Source of the DNA: Raja brachyura
Lineage: Eukaryota
DNA length: 64,000 bases
Direction of reading: 5' to 3'
Assembly: GCA_963514005.1 (NCBI GenBank)
Contig: OY740811.1
Coordinates: 18,600,001-18,664,000 of the forward strand
Shown here piece after piece: positions 25,901 through 40,900 of the stretch. The notes beneath the pieces were generated by a model. It did not search any database. It was not told the DNA's origin and saw nothing but the letters and a program-made list of their open reading frames with translations. Numbering within the stretch: the stretch's first letter is position 1; every line of letters begins with the position of its first letter. A program made the position numbers and the translations under genes.

Positions 25901-28900
25901 GTGGATGGCTGTTTGTCAGGTTGGAAGCCGGTGACCAGTGGGGTGCCTCAGGGATCTGTGTTGGGTCCACTGTTGTTTGTCATGTACATCAATGATCTAG
26001 ATGATGGGGTGGAAAATTGGATAAGTAAGTATGCAGATGATACTAAGATAGGGGGTGCTGTGGATAATGAAGTAGATTTTCAAAGTCTACCGAGAGATTT
26101 GGGCCATTTGGAAGAGTGGGCTGAAAGATGGCAGATGGTGTTTAATGCTGATAAGTGTGAGGTGCTACATCTTGGCAGGACAAATCAAAATAGGACGTAC
26201 ATGGTAAATGGTAGGGAATTGAGGAATGCTGTGGAACAGAGGGATCTGGGAATAACTGTGCATAGTTCCCTGAAGGTGGAATCGCATGCAGATAGGGTGG
26301 TAAAGAAAGCTTTTAGTATGCTGGCCTTTATAAATCAGAGCATTGAATATAGGAGTAGGGAAGTAATGTTAAAATTGTACAAGGCATTGGTAAGACCAAT
26401 TCTGGAGTATGGTGTACAATTTTGGTCGCCAAATTATAGGAAGGATGTCAACAAAATAGAGAGAGTACAGAGGAGATTTACTAGAATGTTGCCTGGGTTC
26501 CAGCAACTAAGTTACAGAGAAAGGTTGAATAAGTTAGGTCTTTATTCTTTGGAGTGCAGAAGGGTAAGGGGGGACTTGATTGAGGTCTTTAAAATGATGA
26601 AAGGGATTGACAGAGTTGACGTGGATAAGCTTTTCCCATTGAGAGTAGGAAAGATTCAAACAAGAGGGCATGACATGAGAATTAAGGGACAGAAGTTTAG
26701 GGGTAACATGAGGGGGAACTTCTTTTCTCAGAGAGTGGTGGCTGTGTGGAATGATCTTCCTGCAGAAGTGGTGGAGGCAGGATCGATTTTAACATTTCAA
26801 AGTAAAGTGGATAGGTATATGGACGGGAAAGGAATGGAGGGGTATGGTCTGAGTGCAGGCAGATGGGACTAGGGGAAAATAAATGGTCGGCATGGACCGG
26901 AAGGGCCGGGAAGGCCTGTTTCCGTGCTGTAATTGTTATATGGTTATATCGTTATATGGTAAGGAATAGGTGACGTTTCATGTTGAGACCCTTCTTCAGA
27001 CTGAGAGTCAGTGGAGAGCGATATTAGGGGTATGGAAAGGTTCAGAACAATTCAAAGCCTGCACTAATGGCCAAAGAGCCCACATGGTTCATTGTTGGCT
27101 ATGGAGAAGGTGATAATGAGGGGATACAAACAGTAAAACTAGCAGGATGATAAGGGGTGGTGAGGGAAGAAGAAAGAGGGAATGCAAGGGTTACTTTAAT
27201 TTAAAATAATCAATATTCATAATGCTGGGTTGTAAGCTGCGCAAGCGAAATATGAGGTGCTGTTCCTCTAATTTGCGTGTGTCCGAACTCTGACAGTGGA
27301 GGTGGCCCAGGACAGAACGAGTCTGTCTCCACTATATGAATGCTTTTCTGTCCTGTGCCCCTTCCACTGTGAGAGTAAGGCCTTATGCAAATTGGAGTAA
27401 CAGCACCTCATATTTCAGTTGTGTATCTTACAACCCAATGGTATGCATATTAATATTTCTAATTTCATGTAATCTTCGCCTTCCACCTCTCTCCGTCTCT
27501 TCTCCTCCTTACTTGACCGATGAGGTTTATTATTGTGGGCTCTTTTGCCATCGGTGCCAGATCTGATTTGTTCTGTACCTTTTCATGCCTCTAGTTTCCC
27601 TCTCCCCTGTCTCTCGGAATAAAGACAGGTTTCGAACCTAAACGCCATCTATTCCAGCTCCCTCCACCTTGTTCACTGTCCTTCCATAACTTCACTTATT
27701 TCTTCTTGCCCAATATTTGCTGATGTAGGTGACTGTTTCCTCTCACTGCTGTCATTGGTCCTGACCCCTTCAGATGAATCGCCATCACTCTCTCCTCAAT
27801 AAAATCCCAACTTTGTAAAATATCAGCCTGATACCAAGTCACAGAATTACAACAAAATCCATGTCTATTTTTTCTGGTCCTCCTCATGACAATCCCACCT
27901 GCACTCCTGAATCATGCCTGGCAGATTACTCAAATGAGTCTTAAGTGAGTCTCTTTCCTCACATGGACAAGTGCTGTCAGAGGACCGGAGAAACGCAGAA
28001 GTTACTCCTTTGTTGAAGAGAGGGGCAAAGGTGATTGCAAAAACGACAGGCCTTTACGATAAATTAACACCACACATGAAGTTGATAAGAGTACTTTAGT
28101 TGCCTTCTAACACATTAATCAGAACATCAGTAAAGAAAGTAAGAATTAGGAGCAGGAGTCAAAGATATGGCCATTTGAATTAGCAATCTTCGACTTCAGA
28201 TCCATTTACCAGCACTATCAACATATTGTTGAATGTCCAGTAGAAACATTGGTTCTAGTCCGAAGAATGGTCCCGACTAGAAACATCACCTATTCAAGAT
28301 TCCCAGAGATGATGCCTGACACGATCAGTTACTCAAGCACTTTGTTTCTTATATTTGTAATCCAATATCCGCTGTACTTTGTATTCCTAGTCTTTGAATT
28401 TCTTCTCATGCGGCTAAATCACAATTTCTGCTGTCTTTCCCGTAAATCTGTTTTGCATTCCCTCCATGGCATGGACATATTTTGTTTCCTTAATAAGCTG
28501 ATAACTACAAGCAACTCTCGAGGTTCAGTCGCACTGAAGTGCCTATAATCTGTTGTGGCAGTTTTTTTAACTTGGTTATTATGTAGCGGACATTAAAACA
28601 TACTGTATGTCGCTCGTAAGAGCTTTTATATTGCTGTTAACATTGCCTTCTTATAATGGGAGTGATGTACTCACCAGGAGGTTCGGTAACTTGACCTGAA
28701 AGGAGAAACAAACAATTCAATTAATAATAATTTTAAACATGTTGAGCTCAAATGATGGGCAGTAAATATCTGCCCCATCTGTGAAAGAGTCTGCACACCA
28801 CACGTTGACCTCATCAACCACAACAGAACTCATGGAACCAGAAAAGAGGCATGACACCCTCCATCTAAATGGACAGTGAAAGAAGGAGGAGTGTTTAAGG

Positions 28901-31900
28901 TGGGGATGAATTTACTATTGGAAAGTCTGGAAATCAGCAAAAGGAGGGACAGGAAGAAGGTGGATAAGCTAAATATGAGTAGTTATTACAATGTTATAAT
29001 CAGCTTAACTCATAATTCAGTAGCTAATATTCACAAATGATTTTTTACGATTGCCTTATACTCACAAAAGGAATCGGGGCAGGTGAATCGTATTCTGTAA
29101 TCTTGACATGAGAGATCACGTTGGTTGATGTTCAGACAAAAGAATCCAGTAGAAACGTTGCAACTGTTGAGTAGAATGTAGGGAGGTGTGATAAAGCAGT
29201 TGATAAAATTACTGATGCTCTTTGAATGAAATAATAAAAGTGCAATAATATGGCCGGCCATATTTTGTACCTGGCAATGTTCTCTCCAGTCTGTGAGGCA
29301 GGAAGCCCTGATGTTGTCTCCACCTCACAGGCGAGTGGATCTGTGCAGATCTGACCGGGATTCTCATTTCGCAGATGGGGGAAGGTTTCATAATCTCCAA
29401 ATCCTGATGGGTTATCACGGTCAAACCACGCAGTTTTGCAATTCCCTACTGAAGAGCAGAAAGAGAAAGTAGATTGAAAGTGAACATTGGGTCTGATATA
29501 TTGACACAAAATGATGGAGAAAATTAGCACCAAGTAGCATTTCTAAAGGTAAGGAATAGGCGACGTTTCATGTTGAGTCCCTTCTTCAGACTGAGAGTCA
29601 GTGGAGAGTGATATTAGGGGTATGGAAAAGTTCAGAACAATTCAAAGCCTGCACTAATGGCCAAAGAGCCCACATGGTTCATTGTTGGCTATGGAGAAGG
29701 TGATAATGAGGGGATACAAACAATACATTTTTCAGGATGATAAGGGGTGGTGAGGGAAGAAGAGAGAGGGAATGCAACGGTTGAATTTAAAATAATGTAT
29801 ATTCATAATGCTGGGTTGTAAACTGAGCAAGCGAAATATGAGGTTCTGTTCCTCCAATTTGCATGTGGCAGGACTCTGACATTGGAGGGTGCCCAGGACA
29901 GAACGAGTCTGCCTGCACTGTCATCGTGCTTTTCTGTCCTGCACCACCTTCACTGTCAGAGTAAGGCCTTATGCAAATTGGAGTAACAGCACCTCATATT
30001 TTGGTTGGGAAGCTGACAACCCAATAGTTTGCATATTAATTTCTCTAATTTCATGTAATCTTTGCCTTCCAACTCTCTCCTTCTCTTCTCCACCTTAGTC
30101 GTCCGACAAGGTTTATTATTGTGGGCTCTTTGGCCATCGGTGCCAGCTCTACTTTGTTCTGTTCGTTTTCATACCTCTAGTTTCCCTCGCCCGTGTCTCT
30201 CAGACTGAAGACTGGTCTTGAAATAAAACAACATCTATTCATTTTCCCCAGAGATGCTGACCGACCCGCTGAGTAGCTCCAGCATTTTGAGAATATCATC
30301 GGAGTAAACAAGCATCTGTTGATCCGTTGTACACATTTGGTCTAGCAGACCTGATAGATTTGCTAACCTTGTTCGGCACAACTTACATGAACAATATTTC
30401 TCTTCAGAAAGCATCACATACTCAAGTACATCACATACTCAATATTGTTGAATATCTGGTAGAAACTTTGGTTCTAGTCCGAAGAAGGGTCCCGACTAGA
30501 AACATCACCTACTCATGAATCCCAGAGACGATGTCTGACGTGATCAGTTACTCCAGCACTTTGTTTCTTATTTTGTAATCCAATATCCGCTGTACTTTGT
30601 ATTCCTAGTCTTTGTAATTTCTTTGCAGTTTCTTCTCATGCGGCTAAATCACAATTTCTGCTACCTTTCCCGTGAATTTGTTTTGCATTGCCTCCATGAC
30701 ATGGACATATTTTGTTTCCTTAATAAGCTGATAACTACAAACAACCCTTGAGGTTCAGTCGCACTGTTGCGTCTATAATCTGTTGTGGAAGTTTTTTTAA
30801 CTTGGTTATTATGTAGCTGATATTAAAACATACTGGATGACGCTCATAAGAGCTTTCATATTGCTGTTAACATTGCCCTCTTTATAATGGGAGGGATATA
30901 CTCACCAGGAGGTTCGGTAACTTCACCTAAAAGGAGAAACAAACAATTCAGTTAAAAACATGTCTTTGAAACATGTTCAGATTTAATGATTGTCAGCAAA
31001 TATCTGCCCCATCTGTGCAAGAGTCTGCACATCACATGTTCTTGGTTCTTGGTTCTCGTAAAGAATTCGCACGTACACAGAGAAATCTTTACTACTACTT
31101 TATTGATTAAACACACACATCACTGCCCTAGCTGTATGTGGTCTGTCACGAATACTAGAGAGTGAGCTAAGGGTGGGAAGGTCACAATTATATTAAATGA
31201 TAAGGGAAGTGCTTAGAAAGGGCTAGGTCACCACTACTAAAGGTGTACACACATATCATCTACAGTTCTTGGTCGTCCAAAATATTCCAAATGGAATTTA
31301 AACTGGAGGTGGCGGAGGGTGGATTTAAGCAAAAAAGGATTCTTGGAGAAGAAGCGCTAACTTAAATTTGGTTGCGTCTGGTTGAGTAACTATGGTAGGG
31401 TGAAGACTATTCCATGCTTTAATTGTGCAGGGGAAAAATGAATTTCTGCACACATCTGTCTTGGTAGCTGGTATCTCAAATAGGGTTGAATGTCCTTGTC
31501 TGCTCCAGATAGATTTGGGTTTGGTGTAGGTTTGATAATCTCTGTCAAGTTGACCATTTTGTAAAAACAAGTCAAACTGTGAGCTTTACGTCTGTCTTGG
31601 ACAGGGTTCCACCCCAGTGATTTCAGAAGTTTGGTAACACTCGCTTCTCTCTCATAGGTATTCGTAACAAATCGAACTACCTGTCTTTGGACACGTTCGA
31701 TGCAAGAAAGGGACTGTCAATAAGGAGGAGTGTTTAAGGTGGGGTTGAAGTTACTATTGGAAAGTCTGGAAATCAGCAAACAACGGACAAGGAAGAGGGT
31801 GGCTAAGCAAAAGGTGAGTATTTATTACAGCCTGTGTTATAATCAGCTCCACTCATAATTCAGTAGCTAATATTCACAAATGATTTTTTACAATTGTCTC

Positions 31901-34900
31901 ATACTCACAAAAGGAATCGGGGCAGGTGAATCGTATTCTGTAATCTTGACATGTGCTATCAGGTTGGTTGCTGTTCATACAAAAGAATCCAGTAGAAACG
32001 TTGCAACTGTTGAGTAGAATGTAGGGAGGTGTGATAAAGTAGTTGATAAAACTACTGATGCTCTTTGAATGAAATAATAGAAGTGCAATAATATAGCCGG
32101 CTATAATTTGTACCTGGTAATGTTCTCTCCAGTCTGAGATGCCGGAATCCCTGACGTTGTTTCCACCTCACAGGCGATTGGATCCGTGCAGATCTGACCG
32201 GGGTTCTCATTTCGCAGATTGGGGAAGACTTCATAATCTCCAAATCCTGATGGGTTATCACGGTCAAACCACGCAGTTTTGCAATTCCCTACTGAAGAGC
32301 AGAAAGAGAAAGTAGATTCAAAGTGAACATTGGTTCTGATGGATTGACACAAAATGATGGAACAAATTAGCTAGGCAGGTCGCATCGCTAGAGTAAAGGA
32401 ATAGGTGATGTTTAATGACGAGACCTTTCTTCGGACTGACAGTCAGGGGAGAGAGAAATTAAAGGTGTGAAATGGTAGAGAACAAATCAGACCCTGACCT
32501 AATGGCCGACGAGCCCACATGGTCCATTGTTGGCTTTGGAGGAGGTGATAACAAGGGGATACAAACAGTAAAAGAAGCAGGATGATTAGGGCAGATGAGG
32601 GATGGAGAGAGAGGGCATGCAAGGATACACATGAAATAATGCTGGTTTGTAAGCTGAGCAAGTGAAATATGAGGTGCTGTTCCTTCAATTTGTATGTGGC
32701 CAGACTCTGACAGTGGAGGTGGCCCAGGACAGAACGGGTCTGCACTGTCAGAGTACTTTTCTGTCCTGAGCCACCTCCACGGTGAGTGTAAGGCCACAAG
32801 CATATTGGAGTAAGAACACCTCATACTTTGGGTGGGAAGCTTAAACCCAAAGTTGTGCATATTAATTTCTCTAATTTCATGTAATCTTTGCCTTCCACCT
32901 CTCTCCTTCTCCAACTGAGTCGTCCGATGAGGTTTATTATTGTAGGCTCTTTTGCCATCGGTGCCAGCTCTGATTTGTTCTCTGCCTTTTCATAGCTCTA
33001 GTTTTCCTCCCCCCTGACTCGCAGACTGAAAACAAGTCTCTAGCCGCAACACCATCTATTCCTTTTCTACAGAGATGCTGAGTAGCTCCAGCATTTTGTG
33101 TCTAACTTCAGAGTAAACCAGCATCTGCAGATCCTTTGTACACATTTGGTCTAATAGACCTGATAGTTTTGTTAACCATGTTGGGCACAACTTACATGAA
33201 CAATATTTCTCTTCAGAACGCATCACATACTCAAGCACATGAGACCTGGTCCCAGCTCCCTCCACCTTCTTCACTGTTCTGTCCATCACTTCATTTTCTT
33301 CTTCTTGCCCCATATTTGCTGATGATGGTGACTGTTTCTCTCACTGCTACCATTGGTCCTGACCCCTTCACATCAATCACCATCATTCTCTCCTCAATAA
33401 TATCCCAACTTTGTAAAATACCAAGTCACAGAATCAGTACGTAATCCATGTCTAGGTTTTCTGGTCCTCCTCGTGTCAATCCCACCTCCTGTGATCCTGA
33501 ATCATGCCTGGCAGAATACTCAAATGGCTCTTATTTGAGTCTCTTTCCTCATGTGAACAAGTGCTGTCAGAGGACCGGAGAAACGCAGAAGTTACTCCTT
33601 TGTTCAAGAGAGGGACAAAGATGATCCCAAAAAATGACAGGCCTTTACGATTAATCAACATCACACATGAAGTTGATGTGAGTACTCTAGTTGACTTCTA
33701 ACACATAAATCAGAACATCAATAAAGAAAGTAAGAATTAGGAGCAGGAGACAGAGATATGGCCATTTCAACCAGCAATCTTTGACTTCAGGTCCATTTAC
33801 CAACACTATCAACATATTGTTTAACATCCAGAAAACTAACAATCACTTCTGAATAACCTCGAATGCTCTCTGGAATGAAGAATGACAAAAATACACCACC
33901 TTCCGAGTGAAACAATTTATCGTATTTCAGTCCCAAAATATCATCCTCTCATTCTGAGACAGTGGTGCATGTAACTGGAGTCCAAAGCGACAGGTATGAT
34001 TTCCATTCTACAATCCCTAGAGAAAAAGGTTCTAGTCTGAAGAAGGATCCCGACTAGAAACATCGCCTATTCATGATCTCAGAGATGATGCCTGACACGA
34101 TCAGTTACTCCACACTTTGTTTCTTATTTTGTATTCGAATATCTGCTGTACTTTGTATTCCTATTTTTTGCAATTTCTTTTATGTGGCTAAATCACAACT
34201 TCTGCTACCTTTCCCGTGAATCTGTTTCGCATTCCTTCCATGGCATGGACACCTTTCACTTTCTTAATAAGCTGCTAACTACAAGCAACTGTTGAGGTTC
34301 AGTTGCACTGTTGCGTCTATAATCTGTTGTGGCAGTATTTTAACTTGGTTATTATGTCGCGTATATTAAAACATACTGGATGAAGCTCATAAGAGCTTTC
34401 ATATTGCTGTTAACATTGCCCTCTTTATAATGGGAGGGGTATACTCACCAGGAGGTTCGGTAACTTCACCTAAAAGGAGAAACAAACAATTCAAGTTCAA
34501 GTTCAAGTGAGTTTATTGTCATGTGTCCCTGATGTGACAATGAAATTCTTGCTTTGCTTCAGCACAACAGAACATAGTAGACAGTGACTACAAAACAGAT
34601 CAGTGAGTTCATATACCATTATATAAATGTATACACACATGAATAAATAAACTGATAAAGTGCAAATAACAGATAATGGGTTATTAGTTTAGTTAATTCG
34701 GATAATTCAGTTAATTATCCTTTGCAACATGTTCAGATTTAATGATTGTCAGCAAATATCTGCCCCATCTGTGCACGAGTCTGCACACCACACGTTGGCC
34801 TCATCAACCACATCAGAACTCATAGAACCAGAGATGAAGCATGCCACCCTCCAACCAACGGTTCTTGGTTCATGGTCGTCCAAAATATTCCAAATGGAAT

Positions 34901-37900
34901 TTAAACTGGAGGTGGCGGAGGGTGGACTTAAGCAAAAAAACGTATTATTGGAAAAGAAGCGCTACCTTAAATTTAGTTGCGTCAGGTTGAGTAACTATGG
35001 TAGGGTGAAGACTATTCCATGCTTTAATTGTGCAGGGGAAGAATGAATTGCTGTACACATCTGTCTTGACAGCTGGTATCTCAAATTGGATCGTATGCCC
35101 TAATCTGATCCTAATAGAGTTGGGTTTGGTGTAGGTTTGATAATCTCTGTCGAGTTGACCATTTAACATTTTGTAAAAACAAATCAAACAGTGAGCTTGC
35201 TTCTCTCTCATAGGTATTCGTAACAAATTGAGCTACCTGTCTTTGGACACGTTCGATTGAAGAAAGGGACTGTCAATAAGGAGGAGTTTTTAAGGTGGGG
35301 TTGAATTTATTATTGGAAAGTCTGGAAATCATCAAACAAGGAAGAGGGTGACTATGCAAAATGTGAGTCTTTATTACAGCCTGTGTTATAATCAGCTCCA
35401 CTCATAATTCAGTAGCTAATATTCACAAATGATTTTTTACAATTGTCCCATACTCACAAAAGGAATCGGGGCAGGTGAATCGTATTCTGTAATCTTGACA
35501 TGAGCCATCAGGTTGGTTGCTGTTCATACAAAAGAATCCAGTAGAAACGTTGCAACTGTTGAGTGAAATGTAGGGAGGTGTGATAAAGTAGTTGATAAAA
35601 CTACTGATGCTCTTTGAATGAATTAATAGAAGTGCAATAATATAGTCAGCTATATTTTGTACCTGGTAATGTTCTCTCCAGTCTGAGATGCCGGAATCCC
35701 TGACGTTGTTTCCACCTCACAGGCGATTGGATCCGTGCAGATCTGACCGGGATTCTCATTTCGCAGATTGGGGAAGACTTCATAATCTCCAAATCCTGAT
35801 GGGTTATCACGGTCAAACCACACAGTTTTGCAATTCCCTACTGAAGAGCAGAAAGAGAAAGTAGATTCAAAGTGAACATTGGTTCTGATGGATTGACACA
35901 AAATGATGGAGCAAATTAGCTAGGCAGGTCGCATCTCTAGAGGAAAGGAATAGGTGATGTTTAATGACGAGACCTTTCTTCGGACTGACAGTCGGGGGAG
36001 AGAGAAATTAGAGGTGTGAAAAGGTAGAGAACAAATCAGACCCTGACCTAATGGCCTAAGAGCCCACATGGTCCATTGTTGGCTTTGGAGGAGGTGATAA
36101 CAAGGGGATACAAACAGTAAAAAAGCAGGATGATTAGGGCAGGTAAGGGATGGAGAGGGAGGGAATGCAAGGGTTACATGAATTTAAAATAATCAATATA
36201 CATAATGCTGGTTTGTAAGCTGAGCAAGTGAAATATGAGTTGCTATTCCTTCAATTTGTATGTGACCACACTCTGACAGTGGAGGTGGCCCAGGACAGAA
36301 CGGGTCTGCACTGTCAGAGTACTTTTCTGTCCTGAGCCACCTCCACGGTGAGAGTAAGGCCATAAGCATATTGGAGTAAGAACACCTCATATTTTGGTTG
36401 GGAAGCTTAAACCCAAAGTTATGCATATTAATTTCTCTAATTTCATGTAATCTTTGCCTTCCACCTCTCTCCTTCTCCAACATAGTCGTCCGATGAGGTT
36501 TATTATTGTAGGCTCTTTTGCCATCGGTGCCAGCTCTGATTTGTTCTCTGCCTTTTCATAGCTCTAGATTCCCTACCCCTGAATCGCAGACTGAAGACAG
36601 GTCTCGAGCCGCAACGCCATCTATTCCTTTTCTACAGAGATGCTGAGTAGCTCCAGCATTTTGTGTCTATCTTCGGAGTAAAACCAGCATCTGCAGATCC
36701 TTTGTACACATTTGGTCTAATGGACCTGATAGTTTTGTTAATCTTGTTGGGCACAACTTACACAAATACTATTTCTCTTCAGACCGCATCACATACTCAA
36801 GCACATGAGACCTGGTCCCAGCTCCCTCCACCTTCTTCACTGTTCTGTCCATCACTTCATTTTCTTCTTCTTGCCCCATATTTGCTGATGTTGGTGACTG
36901 TTTCTCTCACTGCTACCATTGGTCCTGACCCCTTCACAGCAATCACCATCATTCTCTCCTCAATAATATCCCAACTTTGTAAAATACCAAGTCACAGAAT
37001 CAGTACGTAATCCATGTCTAGGTTTTCTGGTCCTCCTCGTGTCAATCCCACCTCCTGCGATCCTGAATCATGCCTGGCAGAATACTCAAATGGCTCTTAT
37101 TTGAGTCTCTTTCCTCATGTGAACAAGTGCTGTCAGAGGACCGGAGAAACGCAGAAGTTACTCCTTTGTTCAAGAGAGGGACAAAGATGATCCAAAAAAT
37201 GACAGGCCTTTACGATGAATCAACACCACACATGAAGTTGATGTGAGTACTCTAGTTGACTTCTAACACATAAATCAGATCAATCAAGAAAGTAAGAATT
37301 AGGAGCAGGAGACAGAGATATGGCCATTTCAACCAGCAATCTTTGACTTCAGGTCCATTTACCAGCACTATCAACATATTGTTTAACATCCAGAAAACTA
37401 ACAATCACTTCTGAATAACCTCGAATGCTCTCTGGAATGAAGAATGACAAAAATACACCACCTTCCGAGTGAAACAATTTATCGTATTTCAGTCCCAAAA
37501 TATCATCCACTCATTCTGAGACAGTGGTGCATGTGCCTGGAGTCCAAAGTGACAGATATGATTTTCCATTCTACAATCCCTAGAGAAAAAGGTTCTAGTC
37601 TGAAGAAGGATCCCGACTAGAAACATCGCCTATGCATGATCTCAGAGATGATGCCTGACACGATCAGTTACTCCACACTTTGTTTCTTATTTTGTATTCA
37701 AATATCTGCTGTACTTTGTATTCCTATTTTTTGCAATTTCTTCTCATGTGGCTAAATCCCAATTTCCGCTACCTTTCCCGTGAATCTGTTTCGCATTCCT
37801 TCCATGGCATGGACACCTTTCGTTTTCTTAATAAGCTGATAACTACAAGCAACTGTTGAGGTTCAGTTGCGCTGTTGCGTCTATAATCTGCTGTGGCAGT

Positions 37901-40900
37901 ATTTTAATTTGGTTATTATGTAGTGTATATTAAAACATACTGGATGAAGCTCATAAGAGCTTTCGTATTGCTGTTAACATTGCCCTCTTTATAATGGGAG
38001 GGGTATACTCACCAGGAGGTTCTGTAACTTCACCTAAAAGGAGAAACAAACAATTCAAGTTCAAGTTCAAGTGAGTTTATTGTCATCTGTCCCTGATGAG
38101 ACAATGAAATTCTCTCTTTGCTTCAGCACAACAGAACGTAGTCGGCATTGACTACAAAATAGATCTGTGTGTTCATAACCATTATATAAATATATACACA
38201 CATGAATAAATAAACTGATAAAGTGCAAATAATAGATAATGGGTTATTAGTTTAGTTAATTCGGATAATTCAGTTAATTATCCTTTGAAACATGTTCAGA
38301 TTTAATGATTGTCAGCAAATATCTGCCCCATCTGTGCACGAGTCTGCACACCACACGTTGGCCTCATCAACCACATCAGAACTCATAGAACCAGAGATGA
38401 AGCATGCCACCCTCCAACCAACGGTTCTTGGTTCATGGTCGTCCATAATATTCCAAATGGAATTTAAACTGGAGGTGGCGGAGGGTGGACTTAAGCAAAA
38501 AAGTATTATTGGAAAAGAAGCGCTACCTTAAATTTAGTTGCATCAGGTTGAGTAACTATGGTAGGGTGAAGACTATTCCATGCTTTGATTGTGCAGGGGA
38601 AGAATGAATTGCTGTACACATCTGTCTTGATAGCTGGTATCTCAAATTGGATCGTATGCCCTAATATGGTCCTGATAGAGTTGGGTTTGGTGTAGGTTTG
38701 ATAATCTCTGTCGAGTTGACCATTTAACATTTTGTAACAAGAAGTCAAACAGTGAGCTTGCTTCTCTCTCATAGGTATTCGTAACAAATTGAGCTACCTG
38801 TCTTTGGACACTTTCGATGGAAGAAAGGGACTGTCAATAAGGAGGAGTTTTTAAGGTGGGGTTGAATTTATTATTGGAAAGTCTGGAAATCAGCAAACCG
38901 AGGACAAGGAAGAGGGTGACTAAGCAAAATGTGAGTCTTTATTACAGCCTGTGTTATAATCAGCTCCACTCATAATTCAGTAGATAATATTCACAAATGA
39001 TTTTTTACAATTGTCCCATACTCACAAAAGGAATCGGGGCAGGTGAATCGTATTCTGTAATCTTGACATGAGCCATCAGGTTGGTAGCTGTTCATACAAA
39101 AGAATCCAATAGAAACGTTGCAACTGTTGAGTGAAATGTAGGGAGGTGTGATAAAGTAGTTGATAAAACTACTGATGCTCTTTGAATGAATTAATAGAAG
39201 TGCAATAATATAGTCAGCTATATTTTGTACCTGGTAATGTTCTCTCCAGTCTGAGATGCCGGAATCCCTGACGTTGTTTCCACCTCACAGGCGATTGGAT
39301 CCGTGCAGATCTGACCGGGATTCTCATTTCGCAGATTGGGGAAGACTTCATAATCTCCAAATCCTGATGGGTTATCACGGTCAAACCACACAGTTTTGCA
39401 ATTCCCTACTGAAGAGCAGAAAGAGAAAGTAGATTCAAAGTGAACATTGGTTCTGATGGATTGACACAAAATGATGGAGCAAATTAGCTATGCAGGTCGC
39501 ATCGCTAGAGGAAAGGAATAGGTGATGGTTAATGACGAGACATTTCTTCAGACTGACAGTCAGGGGAGAGAGAAATTAGAGGTGTGAAAAAGTACAGAAC
39601 AAATCAGACTCTGACCTAATGGCATAAGAGCCCACATGGTCCATTGTTGGCTTTGGAGGAGGTGATAACAAGGGGATACAAACAGTAAAAAAAGCAGGAT
39701 GATTAGGGCAGGTAAGGGATGGAGAGGGAGGGAATGCAAGGGTTACATGAATTTAAAATAATCACTATACATAATGCTGGTTTGTAAGCTGAACAAGTGA
39801 AATATGAGGTGCTATTCCTTCAATTTGCATGTGACCACACTCTGACAGTGGAGGTGGCCCAGGACAGAACGGGTCTGCACTGTCAGAGTACTTTTCTGTC
39901 CTGGGCCACCTCCACGGTGAGAGTAAGGCCATAAGCATATTGGAGTAAGAGCAGCTCATATTTTGGTTGGGAAGCTTAAACCCAATGTTATGCATATCAA
40001 TTTCTCTAATTTCATGTAATCTTTGCCTTCCACCTTCTCTAACATAGTCGTCCGATGAGGCTTATTATTGTAGGCTCTTTTGCCATCGGTGCCAGCTCTG
40101 ATTTGTTCTCTGCCTTTTCGTAGCTCTAGTTTTCCTCTCCCCTGACTCGCAGACTGAAGACAGGTCTCGAGCCGCAACGCCATCTATTCCTTTTCTAGAG
40201 AGATGCTGAGTAGCTCCAGCATTTTCTTTCTATCTTCAGAGTAAACCAGCATCTGCAGATCCTTTGTACACGTTTGGTCTAATGGACCTGATAGTTTTGT
40301 TAATCTTGTTGGGCACAACTTGCACAAATACTATTTCTCTTCAGACCGCATCACATACTCAAGCACATGAGACCTGGTCCCAGCTCCCTCCACCTTCTTC
40401 ACTGTTCTGTCCATCTCTTCACTTATTTCTTCTTGCCCCATATATTCTGATGTAGATGAATGTTTCCTCTCACTGCTGCCATTGGTCCTGACCCCTTCAC
40501 ATCAATCACCATCACTCTCTCCTCAATAATATCCCAACTTTGTAAAATACCAAGTCACAGAATCAGTACGTAATCCATGTCTAGGTTTTCTGGTCCTCCT
40601 CGTGTCAATCCCACCTCCTGTAATCCTGAATCATGCCTGGCAGAATACTCAAATGGCTCTTATTTGAGTCCCTTTCCTCACGTGAACAAGAGTTGTCAGA
40701 GGACCGGAAAAACGCAGATGGTACTCCTTTGTTCAAGAGAGGGGCAAAGATGATCCCAAAAAATGACAGGCCTTTACGATTAATCAACATCACACATGAA
40801 GTTGATGTGAGTACTCTAGTTGACTTCTAACACATAAATCAGAACATCAATAAAGAAAGTTAGAATTAGGAGCAGGAGACAGAGATATGGCCATTTCAAC

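Noticed and set aside
34030-34070. Plus-strand ctgaagaaggatcccgactagaaacatc as an active hammerhead
   Set aside because: Stem II cannot pair properly and the motif is antisense to the host transcript; treated as a decayed remnant.
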